DNA from: Gammaproteobacteria bacterium
GTDB lineage: Bacteria; Pseudomonadota; Gammaproteobacteria; Eutrophobiales; Eutrophobiaceae
Length of the DNA stretch: 64,000 bases
Direction: 5' to 3'
Assembly: GCA_965221695.1 (NCBI GenBank)
Contig: OZ244905.1
Span: forward strand, 352,001 to 416,000
The notes below the pieces were generated by a model. That model was not told where the DNA came from, ran no database searches, and saw only the letters and a program-made list of their open reading frames with translations. A program made the translations under genes and the position numbers. Below are positions 41,414-50,373 of this stretch, piece by piece. How positions within the stretch are numbered: the stretch's first letter is position 1; the number at the start of each line of letters is the position of its first letter.

Positions 41414-42979
41414 TTACCCCGTAATACATCCTGTATCGGGAATTCGAAAGGCCTCTTTCTGATACGCGATAAACTGTTCCACCTGCGCGCGTTGCTCCTC
41501 ATCGGACCAGTGCAGGAGTGGGGCAACAATTTCCGCTGCGCTTTGGGCTTCGGATAAGGTCAGCCTGCGCCGCCACGCCAGGCTTGTGCGTCTGAGCAAC
41601 ACATCAGTGAGGGATTTTGCATATTCCTGCGTCACGCTGTGTTCCAAATCCGCAATGCGGATCTCCGGTTCATCGGCAAGAAAGGCAGGTGAATCGTCAG
41701 CCGCGGAAAACTCGAATGGCTGATAACTGGGCTGGCCTTTTGTTCCCGGGGGAGGGTATCGCGCCGTTACGGCGTCCAGAATCAATCGCCCTGTGCTTCT
41801 GTGACTCATAATCGGCCCGCCGGTGAGCGCGAAAATACCGGGAAACCCGCTTGCAGTCAGGTCATGCAGCAGGCGTTTGCGCCCTCCCACCGGGTCACCG
41901 TCGCTTTGTGTCAACGGGCGTACGCCAGCCCAACTGCTCACCACATCATCTCGCCTCAGCCGGCGTCCGGGTAACAGCGAATTGCATTCTTCTATGAGAA
42001 AGTCGATTTCGTCATCGGTGCAGCACACATTGCTTGCATCGCCGGCAAAAGGCGTTTCGGTTACGCCGACCGAAAACAGGTTCTTGTGAAACGGCAGGAC
42101 ATAGAAGGGTTCTCCATACCTGTTTATGTGAGCAATACCAAAACCGTTGTAGGTAGCGGGCATTTTCACCACGATATGGGCGCCTTTAGTCATATGTACA
42201 AGTGGCTTTTTATGTTGCGAGGGCGGAAGAACGCTGTCTGCCCAAGTGCCTGCCATGTTCAAAATGATCGGCGCAGTCACCTCTACCGGAGAAATATGCT
42301 CGTCTACCGCATCGCGTAAGGACACCACCCAGTCGCCATCCGCATCTTGTTTTTTAACACTGGCTATACAATAATTGAATAATGCAGCGCCATGCTGTTG
42401 CGCATCCAACAACATGTCTATGCAAAAGCGCTCCGGCCAGTCAAACTTGAATTCATTGTAGCAGGCGATTGCCTGCAACTCGCCAGCGTTCCGAAAATCC
42501 TCGAAGAAAGGTATTTTCTCAGCATAGTTACGTTTGATTACTGCATGATCCAGCGCAATGCGACCATCGCCCAGACAGCTTAATAACTTCAGGCCTGCCT
42601 GCAAATGCCAACTTTTGAAATCACTGTCACGATAAACAGGGAAACACATCCTGTACTGAAATATACGCTTGCCCGCGTTCGCCATATGCTCACTGACGCC
42701 GCGCATGGCCTGGCGGGCGCCGCGCAAGGCATTCAAAAAATAGCCGGGGTGCCGTGCAAAATGCCTTAGCGGATTTTTTGCCTCGAAGAATCTCAGTCCG
42801 ATATGCAGCATCCGGCCTGATTTGCCGGTGGCTCCCGAACCGAAGTCCCCTTTGTCGGCAACCAGGCAGTCGTAGCCTGCCGCCGCCAGGTTCTGCGCAG
42901 CGCTGGCGCCGTTAATGCCTCCTCCAATAATGATCACATCGTAGCGCCGGTTTTGAATTGTCGTTAAAGCTAGTCCCAT
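41414..42979 (-). CDS. GlpD-like FAD-dependent oxidoreductase
   Basis: IIGGGING, MTKGAHIV, GVTET, WAGVRPL, DVLLRRT; several GlpD motifs are altered. Confidence 0.82.
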   Translation of the reverse strand: MGLALTTIQNRRYDVIIIGGGINGASAAQNLAAAGYDCLVADKGDFGSGATGKSGRMLHIGLRFFEAKNPLRHFARHPGYFLNALRGARQAMRGVSEHMANAGKRIFQYRMCFPVYRDSDFKSWHLQAGLKLLSCLGDGRIALDHAVIKRNYAEKIPFFEDFRNAGELQAIACYNEFKFDWPERFCIDMLLDAQQHGAALFNYCIASVKKQDADGDWVVSLRDAVDEHISPVEVTAPIILNMAGTWADSVLPPSQHKKPLVHMTKGAHIVVKMPATYNGFGIAHINRYGEPFYVLPFHKNLFSVGVTETPFAGDASNVCCTDDEIDFLIEECNSLLPGRRLRRDDVVSSWAGVRPLTQSDGDPVGGRKRLLHDLTASGFPGIFALTGGPIMSHRSTGRLILDAVTARYPPPGTKGQPSYQPFEFSAADDSPAFLADEPEIRIADLEHSVTQEYAKSLTDVLLRRTSLAWRRRLTLSEAQSAAEIVAPLLHWSDEEQRAQVEQFIAYQKEAFRIPDTGCITG

Positions 42980-43191
42980 ACGGGTTTCTTCGTTTGAGTT
43001 GTTGTCTGCCGATCATCTATACCGGGTTTGCAGTAAACCGTACAATACTTTATTCTCATGCAGCTATCAGAATAAAGAATGTCAGCTTGCAACTATTCCA
43101 TTAGTTAATAGTATTGGCAAATAATGGTATTGGATTAAATTTGCATATTGGTATGTACTCTCCCGATGACCAGCAGTTCGGAGAGACTATT

Positions 43192-45438
43192 ATGAAAAAA
43201 TCTAAATCCTACTTGTATCCGCTGCATCTTTTACTCCCTATTATGGTTTTTGCCGGTTACGCTTATGGGCAAACCACCACTACGCTGGAAGAAATCATCG
43301 TGACTGCCAACAAACGCGGCGCCGCGTCACTTCAGGATACCGCCGGCAGTATTACCGCAATTACCGGGGATACGCTGGAAAAAACACTGGTGGAAGGGTT
43401 TGAAGATTACATCAAAATGGCGCCGGGTCTGACTTCGGTCAGTTCCGGGCCGGGTCAATCGCAGATCGTGATTCGGGGAGTCAATTCACAGAGAATAATC
43501 CATAGCGCGCCCCAAACCCGATCGCTTGCGGGGCTGTATATTGACGAAATGCCCATTTCCGTGGCCGGATATAACCCTGATCTGGGCGTTGTCGATATTG
43601 AGCGAATAGAAGTTCTGCGCGGCCCGCAGGGCACGCTTTATGGCGCCAGTTCCATGTCCGGCACAATTCGAGTCGTTACCGCAAAGCCGGATACCGAGAC
43701 GTTTTCGGGCAATGCCAGCGCCAATGTCTCGCACACTAAGAACGGTGATATCAACCACCGGGTAAAAGCGTCCGTGAATGTGCCTTTCTCGGATAAGGTC
43801 GCGCTGCGTCTGAACGCGTACAATACCTCAAAAGGCGGGTTTATCGACAATGTGGCGCCGGGCTTTGAGAAAGAGGATTACAACAGCGAGGATATCGTCG
43901 GCGCAAGAGCACAGTTGGCTTATTATGGAGACAAGCTGAATGCCGTTGCAGCCTTGATGTACAACAACCTGGAAGCGGACGGCGCGTCTGACGAATATCT
44001 GCCCAATCCTGACGATGCGCAAGTTGCCGCAGTGACCCGTGAAATGCAGACCGTCAAAGTCATACAGGATTTTTATCACCAGGAATTTCTCGCGTTCAAT
44101 TTTAATCTCGATTACGATTTGGGATCGGTCTTATTCACCTCAGCCACATCGTATTTTGATACGGAAATCACAAAGAGCTTGGATGATACATTTCGGGTGC
44201 TGGCGGTCACGCCGATCCGCGCGCCCTACAGTGAGTACCAGGCATGGGATACCAGCGACTCCGTGATCCAGGAAATACGCCTGTCCTCAAACTATGATAC
44301 GCGCCTGGAATGGTTGATCGGCGGTTATTACGAAGCCAACAACAGGGAGTTCCTGCAAACGCAACCGACCCCCGGACTGAACGCATTTTTTGTTTCCATA
44401 GGTGGCCCGCCTCCTTGCCCGACCCTGACCGGGCCCTGTTACGGCGCGGTCGCGAACTCTGTTTTTGATGGCGTGACTACCATTGATTCGGAGCAGTTCG
44501 CAGCTTTTGGCGAGGCCACGTTGAGTATCACGGATGCGCTCAGGTTGAAACTCGGTTTCCGTTATTTCGATTATGAGAACGATGTGTACATTTTGGGGTC
44601 CGGGGTCGCCAATGATGGTGTGACCGTGGACGAGGACATCATCAAGGAGGATGATTGGGTGCCGAAAGTGGAGGTATCAGTTGACGTTACCGAGGATCAC
44701 ATGCTTTATGCAACCTATTCAGAAGGTTTTCGCCTGGGCGGCATCAATGGGTTTATTCCGGAGGTTTGCCGGGCGGAGGTAGAGGCATTAGGGTCAGCCC
44801 ACAATGCGCCGTTCAACTCCGATAACCTGAAAAACTATGAACTTGGCGCCAAAACAGCCTGGCTGGATAATCGTCTGATCGCGAATCTGGCCGGTTATTA
44901 CAACAAATTTGACGATATTCAAACGGGCATTGCGTTGAATTGTGGTTTTTTTCAGATGTTGAACTCAGGCAGGATCAGAAATATCGGTTTTGAAGGCGAC
45001 TTTACTTTCCAGGCTTCAGATGCGTTAACGCTGCGCTTCGGTTTCTCCTACGTGGATTCTGAAGTTAAAAAATCCATTCCCGGCATTAATGTTGATGGAG
45101 ACGAGCCGCCTTATATCCCTGAATTCACCGCTTCCGGTTCCGTTGATTACGGCATGTCGTTAGGCAATGGTTTTGGTTTTATTCGCGCCGATGTGCGCCA
45201 TGTCGGGAGTTCTGGCAACGAGTTTTCTTCGCAACCGACCATCAGCACTTTACCCTCCTATACCATCGTAGACCTGACCTTGGGTTATGATTTAAATAAC
45301 TGGTCCTTGAGTATATTTGCCAGGAATTTGTTTAATGACGATGTGATCACGAATATTGATCCAGACCGTATACAACCAGACCAGTTAACTCGCGGTTTGC
45401 CCAGAACGGTCGGATTCGGCGTGAGCAGAAACTTCTGA
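43192..45438 (+). CDS. TonB-dependent receptor
   Basis: Signal peptide, LEEIIVTA TonB box, ERIEVLRGPQGTLYG plug, terminal Phe; GGAGA RBS. Confidence 0.94.
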   Translation: MKKSKSYLYPLHLLLPIMVFAGYAYGQTTTTLEEIIVTANKRGAASLQDTAGSITAITGDTLEKTLVEGFEDYIKMAPGLTSVSSGPGQSQIVIRGVNSQRIIHSAPQTRSLAGLYIDEMPISVAGYNPDLGVVDIERIEVLRGPQGTLYGASSMSGTIRVVTAKPDTETFSGNASANVSHTKNGDINHRVKASVNVPFSDKVALRLNAYNTSKGGFIDNVAPGFEKEDYNSEDIVGARAQLAYYGDKLNAVAALMYNNLEADGASDEYLPNPDDAQVAAVTREMQTVKVIQDFYHQEFLAFNFNLDYDLGSVLFTSATSYFDTEITKSLDDTFRVLAVTPIRAPYSEYQAWDTSDSVIQEIRLSSNYDTRLEWLIGGYYEANNREFLQTQPTPGLNAFFVSIGGPPPCPTLTGPCYGAVANSVFDGVTTIDSEQFAAFGEATLSITDALRLKLGFRYFDYENDVYILGSGVANDGVTVDEDIIKEDDWVPKVEVSVDVTEDHMLYATYSEGFRLGGINGFIPEVCRAEVEALGSAHNAPFNSDNLKNYELGAKTAWLDNRLIANLAGYYNKFDDIQTGIALNCGFFQMLNSGRIRNIGFEGDFTFQASDALTLRFGFSYVDSEVKKSIPGINVDGDEPPYIPEFTASGSVDYGMSLGNGFGFIRADVRHVGSSGNEFSSQPTISTLPSYTIVDLTLGYDLNNWSLSIFARNLFNDDVITNIDPDRIQPDQLTRGLPRTVGFGVSRNF

Positions 45439-45458
45439 AACGAACCCCTGCGCCTTAG

Positions 45459-45517
45459 TGGCCCCTGATAGCGCTAGCGTCTCGCCTGCAGGTAGGCGGG
45501 CTGCCTGCGTTCCCAGG
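45459..45517. repeat. REP-like GC-rich element (family B)
   Basis: TGGCCCCTGATAGCGCTAGCGTCTCGCCTGCA...GCGTTCCCAGG followed by a T run, between convergent genes. Confidence 0.75.
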
Positions 45518-45557
45518 TTTTTTGTTTGGACTTGCGTGCAGGTTACAAGACTTTGTA

Positions 45558-46517
45558 TCAGTCCGCATGGACAATGCCGGCGGCGATACCCAGTTCCGGC
45601 ATAACGCTGTAGAAATCCCGGACCGGCAACCCGCCGCCGCTTGCCTTGTGCGCGGCTGCGGCGGCAATCCAGGTATGCAATTCCATTGATCCGATGCCGC
45701 CTTGCTCAATGAGTTGATCCGGGCCCCAGTCATCGAATTCTTGCAACTTGCCCCGGGTAAACAAGTCAAGAAACCGCTGGTCCGATTCCGCATTCAACCG
45801 CATATCACTCGCAGTTCGCTCCCCGCGCGCGATCATCTTCGCTCCTTCGTGGTGCATGACCTCCAGGCGTTCAAGCCATTGCGATCCAGTCAGTGATGCG
45901 AGATCATCGCCGCCAGACAGCTTCCAGGCTTCAACTTCCGGTTCCCCGGCGCCATGTTCGGGATAATAACGGGTAGGGTGGTGTGACATGCCACCTGAGG
46001 CAAGAAACAACACCCGCTTGTTCATGGTATCGGCAAAACGTCCAAGCGCCTTTCCCAGCAGTCGGGTGCGTCTGAAGGGCACAAACGGTTTGGTGATACA
46101 GTTGATGAAAACAGGAATGACAGGACGCGCGGTCAGGCTGCCGAGCATGATGGTAATGGTTTGGGAGAAGGCATGATCGACGGTCATACTGTAGGATACC
46201 GCGGCATCGATATCGTTGGCGCGCAAGTATTCGACACAAGATATGGCTGTTTCTTCAGGCACGTTCAGCGGGCCTGCGAATCCGCCGATATCCGTCGTTG
46301 CCTCGGCGCTCACCCCGACACAGAAAGCCGGCATCGTGTTCAGAAAAAAGCCGTTGAAGTGATCCGAGCCAAAGGCAATCACCAGTTCCGGGTCAAATTC
46401 CGCAATGGCTTGTGCACGCGCAGCAAACGCCTGTTGCAGCCCGTCCCAGTCCTCAGGCTCCCTGGCATAACAATACAATAATGGCGAATGAGAGGCGCAG
46501 ATCAGGGAAGTTGTCAT
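45558..46517 (-). CDS. Class III extradiol ring-cleavage dioxygenase (MhpB/LigB-like)
   Basis: SHSPL, DHFNGFF, VDHAF, ASGGMSHHP, ELHTW. Confidence 0.87.
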   Translation of the reverse strand: MTTSLICASHSPLLYCYAREPEDWDGLQQAFAARAQAIAEFDPELVIAFGSDHFNGFFLNTMPAFCVGVSAEATTDIGGFAGPLNVPEETAISCVEYLRANDIDAAVSYSMTVDHAFSQTITIMLGSLTARPVIPVFINCITKPFVPFRRTRLLGKALGRFADTMNKRVLFLASGGMSHHPTRYYPEHGAGEPEVEAWKLSGGDDLASLTGSQWLERLEVMHHEGAKMIARGERTASDMRLNAESDQRFLDLFTRGKLQEFDDWGPDQLIEQGGIGSMELHTWIAAAAAHKASGGGLPVRDFYSVMPELGIAAGIVHAD

Positions 46518-46647
46518 GACAGTTAACCTCCTAATATCATACGCTTGCCAGGTCTGTCCTGGTAATGAGTTTTTCCATTAATCACGCTTGTTATATTTTT
46601 TCAGCACAGCATAATAATCAGTCACATGCTAACCGGGAAGGATGATC

Positions 46648-47619
46648 ATGAGCAAGGCAATTTTTATCAATGAATACGGCGGACCTGATGTCCTGTCTTA
46701 CCAGGAATATCCTGTTGGAGACCCCGGCCCCGGGGAAGTAATGGTGCGCAACACCGTTATTGGGGTGAACTATATCGACACCTATTACCGTTCCGGGCTT
46801 TATCCGGCTGAATTGCCGCTGATACCCGGCGACCAGGCTGCCGCGGTGGTTGAAGCGGTCGGGACCGGTGTCAGCGAATTCAAGCCCGGTGACCGGGTCG
46901 CCTATGCTTCAAAACCGCTGGGGGCTTACTCAGAGCTGCGTCTGATTGACGCCGGCCTGCTGGCGCCGTTGCCGCAAGATATAACCGACGAAGTAGCCGG
47001 CGCCACCCTGACACGGGGGCTGACCGCAGAATATCTAACCCACCGGCTATATGAGCTGAAAGCAGGGGAGACGGCATTGATACATGCTGCGGCCGGCGGA
47101 ACCGGAAAGATTCTCTGCCAGTGGGCCAACAGGATTGGCGTCAGGGTAATCGGCACAGTGGGTTCTGAAGACAAGATGGAGATTGCGCGGGAAAACGGTT
47201 GTTCCGAAGTGCTGTTACACCAGCATGACTTTGTCTCGCAAGTCAAACAACTGACTGAAGGGCAGGGCGTCGATATTGCCTATGACTCCATCGGCAAGTC
47301 CACATTCATGAAATCGCTGGATTGCATCAGGCCCAGGGGCATGATGGTCAGCTTCGGTAACGCCTCCGGCAAACCGGACTCCCTGGATGTGCTGGAACTG
47401 GCCAAACGCGGCAGCCTGTTCCTGACACGTCCAACATTATACGGCTACACCAACAGCAGGGAGGAGTTACTGCTGTCAGCCGAACGTTATTTTACGGCCA
47501 TCACCAACGGCTTGCTGCAGGTTGAAACAGGCAAGCCTTTTGCGTTGAAAGACGCCGCAGACGCGCACCGCCACCTGGAAGATCGCTCCAGTATCGGCTC
47601 GCCGATACTTATTCCTTGA
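46648..47619 (+). CDS. qor: NADPH:quinone oxidoreductase (MDR family)
   Basis: GVNYIDTYYRSGLYP, HAAAGGTG, SFGNASG, GSLFLTRP; alternative start at 46642. Confidence 0.88.
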   Translation: MSKAIFINEYGGPDVLSYQEYPVGDPGPGEVMVRNTVIGVNYIDTYYRSGLYPAELPLIPGDQAAAVVEAVGTGVSEFKPGDRVAYASKPLGAYSELRLIDAGLLAPLPQDITDEVAGATLTRGLTAEYLTHRLYELKAGETALIHAAAGGTGKILCQWANRIGVRVIGTVGSEDKMEIARENGCSEVLLHQHDFVSQVKQLTEGQGVDIAYDSIGKSTFMKSLDCIRPRGMMVSFGNASGKPDSLDVLELAKRGSLFLTRPTLYGYTNSREELLLSAERYFTAITNGLLQVETGKPFALKDAADAHRHLEDRSSIGSPILIP

Positions 47620-47700
47620 GATGTCCCTCGAAGCATTGAAAGATTGCTATTGCTTTAATGCGATAGATAGAATATGATTTTCTGAAACTGTTATTCATAT

Positions 47701-47925
47701 TTGAAAAGTATGCGTATTTCTGAACGAGGACAAATTACCATTCCCAAACATATGAGGGACCGTTTCGGTCTGGGTTGTAACGTCGATGTTGAGATAACTC
47801 CAACTAGTGACGGCCTGCTAATCAAGAAACGCGCGGCATCAAAACACCCGGTAGAACGGGTGTACGCTATTTTGCAAGATAACGGAAACACTGATGATTA
47901 CATTGAAGAAATTCGTGGAAGGTGA
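47701..47925 (+). CDS. AbrB/MazE-type antitoxin (VapB)
   Basis: MRISERGQITIPK..R..G swapped-hairpin motif; GTGA overlap with the PIN toxin. Confidence 0.88.
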   Translation: MKSMRISERGQITIPKHMRDRFGLGCNVDVEITPTSDGLLIKKRAASKHPVERVYAILQDNGNTDDYIEEIRGR

Positions 47926-48317
47926 TCAGCGCCGTTGACACGAATGTCCTGCTGGATGTATTCCTCCCGGATAAAACCCACGGTCCAAAGTCTAAAGAAT
48001 GGCTTAAAGACGCCTATAACCGCGGGGCGCTGCTCGTTTGTGATGTGGTTTACGCAGAGCTTGTTCCCGCATTCAAGGACAGAAGCAAACTTGACAAAGC
48101 GTTGAGAGAAATCAACGTAACGATCTCTCCAATAAACACCGATATTGCCTATGAGGCAGGCGCGCGCTGGTTGCAATACCGTGCTGCTGGCGGACCAAGA
48201 GAGCGGATAATTTCTGACTTCCTGATTGGCTCCCATGCAGCTATCACAGCCGACAACTTTCTTACCCGGGACCGCGGTTTTTATAAAACATATTTCCCTG
48301 AGTTGAAAGGTCTCTGA
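47922..48317 (+). CDS. VapC PIN-domain toxin
   Basis: AVDTNVL, VYAEL, SDFLIGSHA, LTRD. Confidence 0.92.
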   Translation: MISAVDTNVLLDVFLPDKTHGPKSKEWLKDAYNRGALLVCDVVYAELVPAFKDRSKLDKALREINVTISPINTDIAYEAGARWLQYRAAGGPRERIISDFLIGSHAAITADNFLTRDRGFYKTYFPELKGL

Positions 48318-48443
48318 ATGGAAAACCTCGTTACCAAAACAGACTTGGCTTTGGCCGTCCAGCAACTTACTGTGAAAATGTACAGTACGGCCGCCGTGGT
48401 GGTTACTATTTTGGTCGCCCTGGATCGCCTGTTTCCCGTTTGA
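48318..48443 (+). CDS. 41-aa membrane-anchored microprotein resembling the C-terminal half of DUF1640
   Basis: MENLVTKTDLALAVQQLTVKMYSTAAVVVTILVALDRLFPV; starts immediately after the vapC stop; absent from the ORF track. Confidence 0.55.
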   Translation: MENLVTKTDLALAVQQLTVKMYSTAAVVVTILVALDRLFPV

Positions 48444-48487
48444 ACAAGGCGCAAACCCGGCAACAAACTGAAACATACAGGCCCATT

Positions 48488-49804
48488 TCAGGGCTTGTCC
48501 AGCAACTCCAGCGCGCTACGGGTCATTACCTCAACGCCGGTTGTGATCGTCAGTTCCGGGTCCGGGGCAAAGAAAGGAGAGTGTAGGGAAGGCAGGACTT
48601 CACCCGATTCCATGGCCTTGGTATATTTTTCGGCCTCCACACCGCCAATCCATAAAAACAAGCTGGGGATTTTCGGTTCCACCCGCCCGTATCGGGCAAA
48701 GTCCTCGCCACCCATAACGGGTTCACCGGGAACAAGTCGTTCTTCTGAAAACACTGTCCTTAATGCGTTGATAATACGCTCGGCCAGTTCCGGGTTGTTG
48801 TAGACAGAAGGGGTGTATTCGTCCTTGATCTTCACTACTGGCAACTTGTCCCGCGGCAGGCCCATAGCCAGGGCCTGGCCTTCTGCAATCCTCTTTATCC
48901 CTTCAAGCAATAAACTTCGCGCTTCATCCGTATAGGATCGCACCGTCAACTGTAACTCCACCTTGTCCGGGATAACATTGTGTTTCGTGCCACCGTGGAT
49001 CGAACCGACCGTCACCACACCGGCATCAATGGGTTTCAACTCGCGTGCAACCAGGGTCTGCAGTGCATTGATGATCTGTGCTGACAGCACGACAGGATCT
49101 TTGGTGCGGTGCGGATAGGCGCCGTGTCCGCCGATACCGTAAACGGTAATATCGACACTATCGACATTGGCCATCACATAGCCTTTGGTGTAAATAACCT
49201 TTCCGGCTGGTTCGGAAGAGCTGACGTGCAGCCCAAAATTGTAATCCGGACGCGGGAAACGCTCAAACAGACCATCTCTGAGCATGGCGCGAGAACCGGC
49301 GCCGACTTCCTCTGCCGGTTGAGCAATCATGATCAGCGTGCCTTGCCACTTTTCGGTCATGGACGTGAGACGTCTGGCAGCGCCGATAAATACCGTCATA
49401 TTCACATCATGAGCACAGGCATGCATGATATTGACAGTATTTCCGGACGCATCGACTGTCGTCGCATTGCTGGCATACGGTTTGCCGGTTTTTTCAAGAA
49501 CGGGCAGGGCATCCATATCCGCCCTTAACAATACCGTAGGGCCAGCGCCGTTTTTCATCACACCTACGACGCCGTAACCGCCGACATTCTCTGTTACCGT
49601 GAAGCCCAGGTTGCGCAGCTCCGTTGCCATGCGGGCGCTGGTTTTTTCCTCTTGGAAAGATAATTCAGGATTCATGTGCAAATGCACATACAGCGACTCG
49701 AGGTAGGGGTAATCGCTCTGAATCTCGTTCCGTAACGTGGAATCTGCGCGCGCGCATAGCGCGATTTGCAAGAAGAATAAAATGAGGAAGGTAGAAAATT
49801 TCAT
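48488..49804 (-). CDS. Exported M20 family amidohydrolase
   Basis: Signal peptide, HLHMNPELS, LRADMDALP, MHACAHD, QPAEE, GEDF, LHSP. Confidence 0.92.
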   Translation of the reverse strand: MKFSTFLILFFLQIALCARADSTLRNEIQSDYPYLESLYVHLHMNPELSFQEEKTSARMATELRNLGFTVTENVGGYGVVGVMKNGAGPTVLLRADMDALPVLEKTGKPYASNATTVDASGNTVNIMHACAHDVNMTVFIGAARRLTSMTEKWQGTLIMIAQPAEEVGAGSRAMLRDGLFERFPRPDYNFGLHVSSSEPAGKVIYTKGYVMANVDSVDITVYGIGGHGAYPHRTKDPVVLSAQIINALQTLVARELKPIDAGVVTVGSIHGGTKHNVIPDKVELQLTVRSYTDEARSLLLEGIKRIAEGQALAMGLPRDKLPVVKIKDEYTPSVYNNPELAERIINALRTVFSEERLVPGEPVMGGEDFARYGRVEPKIPSLFLWIGGVEAEKYTKAMESGEVLPSLHSPFFAPDPELTITTGVEVMTRSALELLDKP

Positions 49805-49858
49805 TTAACCCGCCAGAAACAGCTCCGGGTGTTCACAAGAACACGCAATATCCCTTTC

Positions 49859-50089
49859 TCATATAAAGCGCATCGCGGCCAGGATGATGCCGGTAAGTAT
49901 GATCATCAGACCGCCCAGGGTAATGACCAACTCACGTTTTAGCTGCGACAGGGCAATATCCAAATCGCTTGTGGTGACCAATTCCATACTATGCTCGTTA
50001 AGAATCTGTACCATTGCTTCTGCTTGTGCATGACTGAATCCACCTGCCTCCAGCTTGCGTGCCGCTTTCTGTGTATCAGTGATGATCAT
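49859..50089 (-). CDS. DUF1640/CCDC90-like small coiled-coil membrane protein
   Basis: DT.K..RKLE.GGFS..QAEA head, LVT..DL neck, C-terminal TM; GAGG RBS. Confidence 0.8.
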   Translation of the reverse strand: MIITDTQKAARKLEAGGFSHAQAEAMVQILNEHSMELVTTSDLDIALSQLKRELVITLGGLMIILTGIILAAMRFI

Positions 50090-50128
50090 CTGATTTCCTC
50101 CTTAATCATCTCCGTAGTTTCCATATAA

Positions 50129-50156
50129 GGGAAGCGCTGGACAAAGCAGAGTTCCC
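50129..50156. repeat. Highly degenerate family A palindrome
   Basis: GGGAAGCGCTG-GACAAAG-CAGAGTTCCC preceded by TAA. Confidence 0.4.
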
Positions 50157-50234
50157 GGTTCGAATTATCGCTGATTTTATCATGGATGAATGAACCGGGA
50201 TAGTTATTCCAAGATTAATTTAAAGTATCGAATA

Positions 50235-50262
50235 ACTGCGCATAATATATATTATGTTAAAT
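50235..50262 (+). other. dif: dif site (XerC/XerD chromosome dimer resolution)
   Basis: ACTGCGCATAA-TATATA-TTATGTTAAAT versus E. coli GGTGCGCATAA-TGTATA-TTATGTTAAAT; XerD arm identical; intergenic and AT-rich. Confidence 0.93.
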
Positions 50263-50373
50263 ATAATGTTTTAGCCTGATGTTGTTTCTTAGTGTATTTA
50301 GTTAATTGCTTCTTTCCCTCTTTTGATAGTAACGGTTTACCGCCTCAGTATTTGTAAAAAAGGATCGGTGAGA

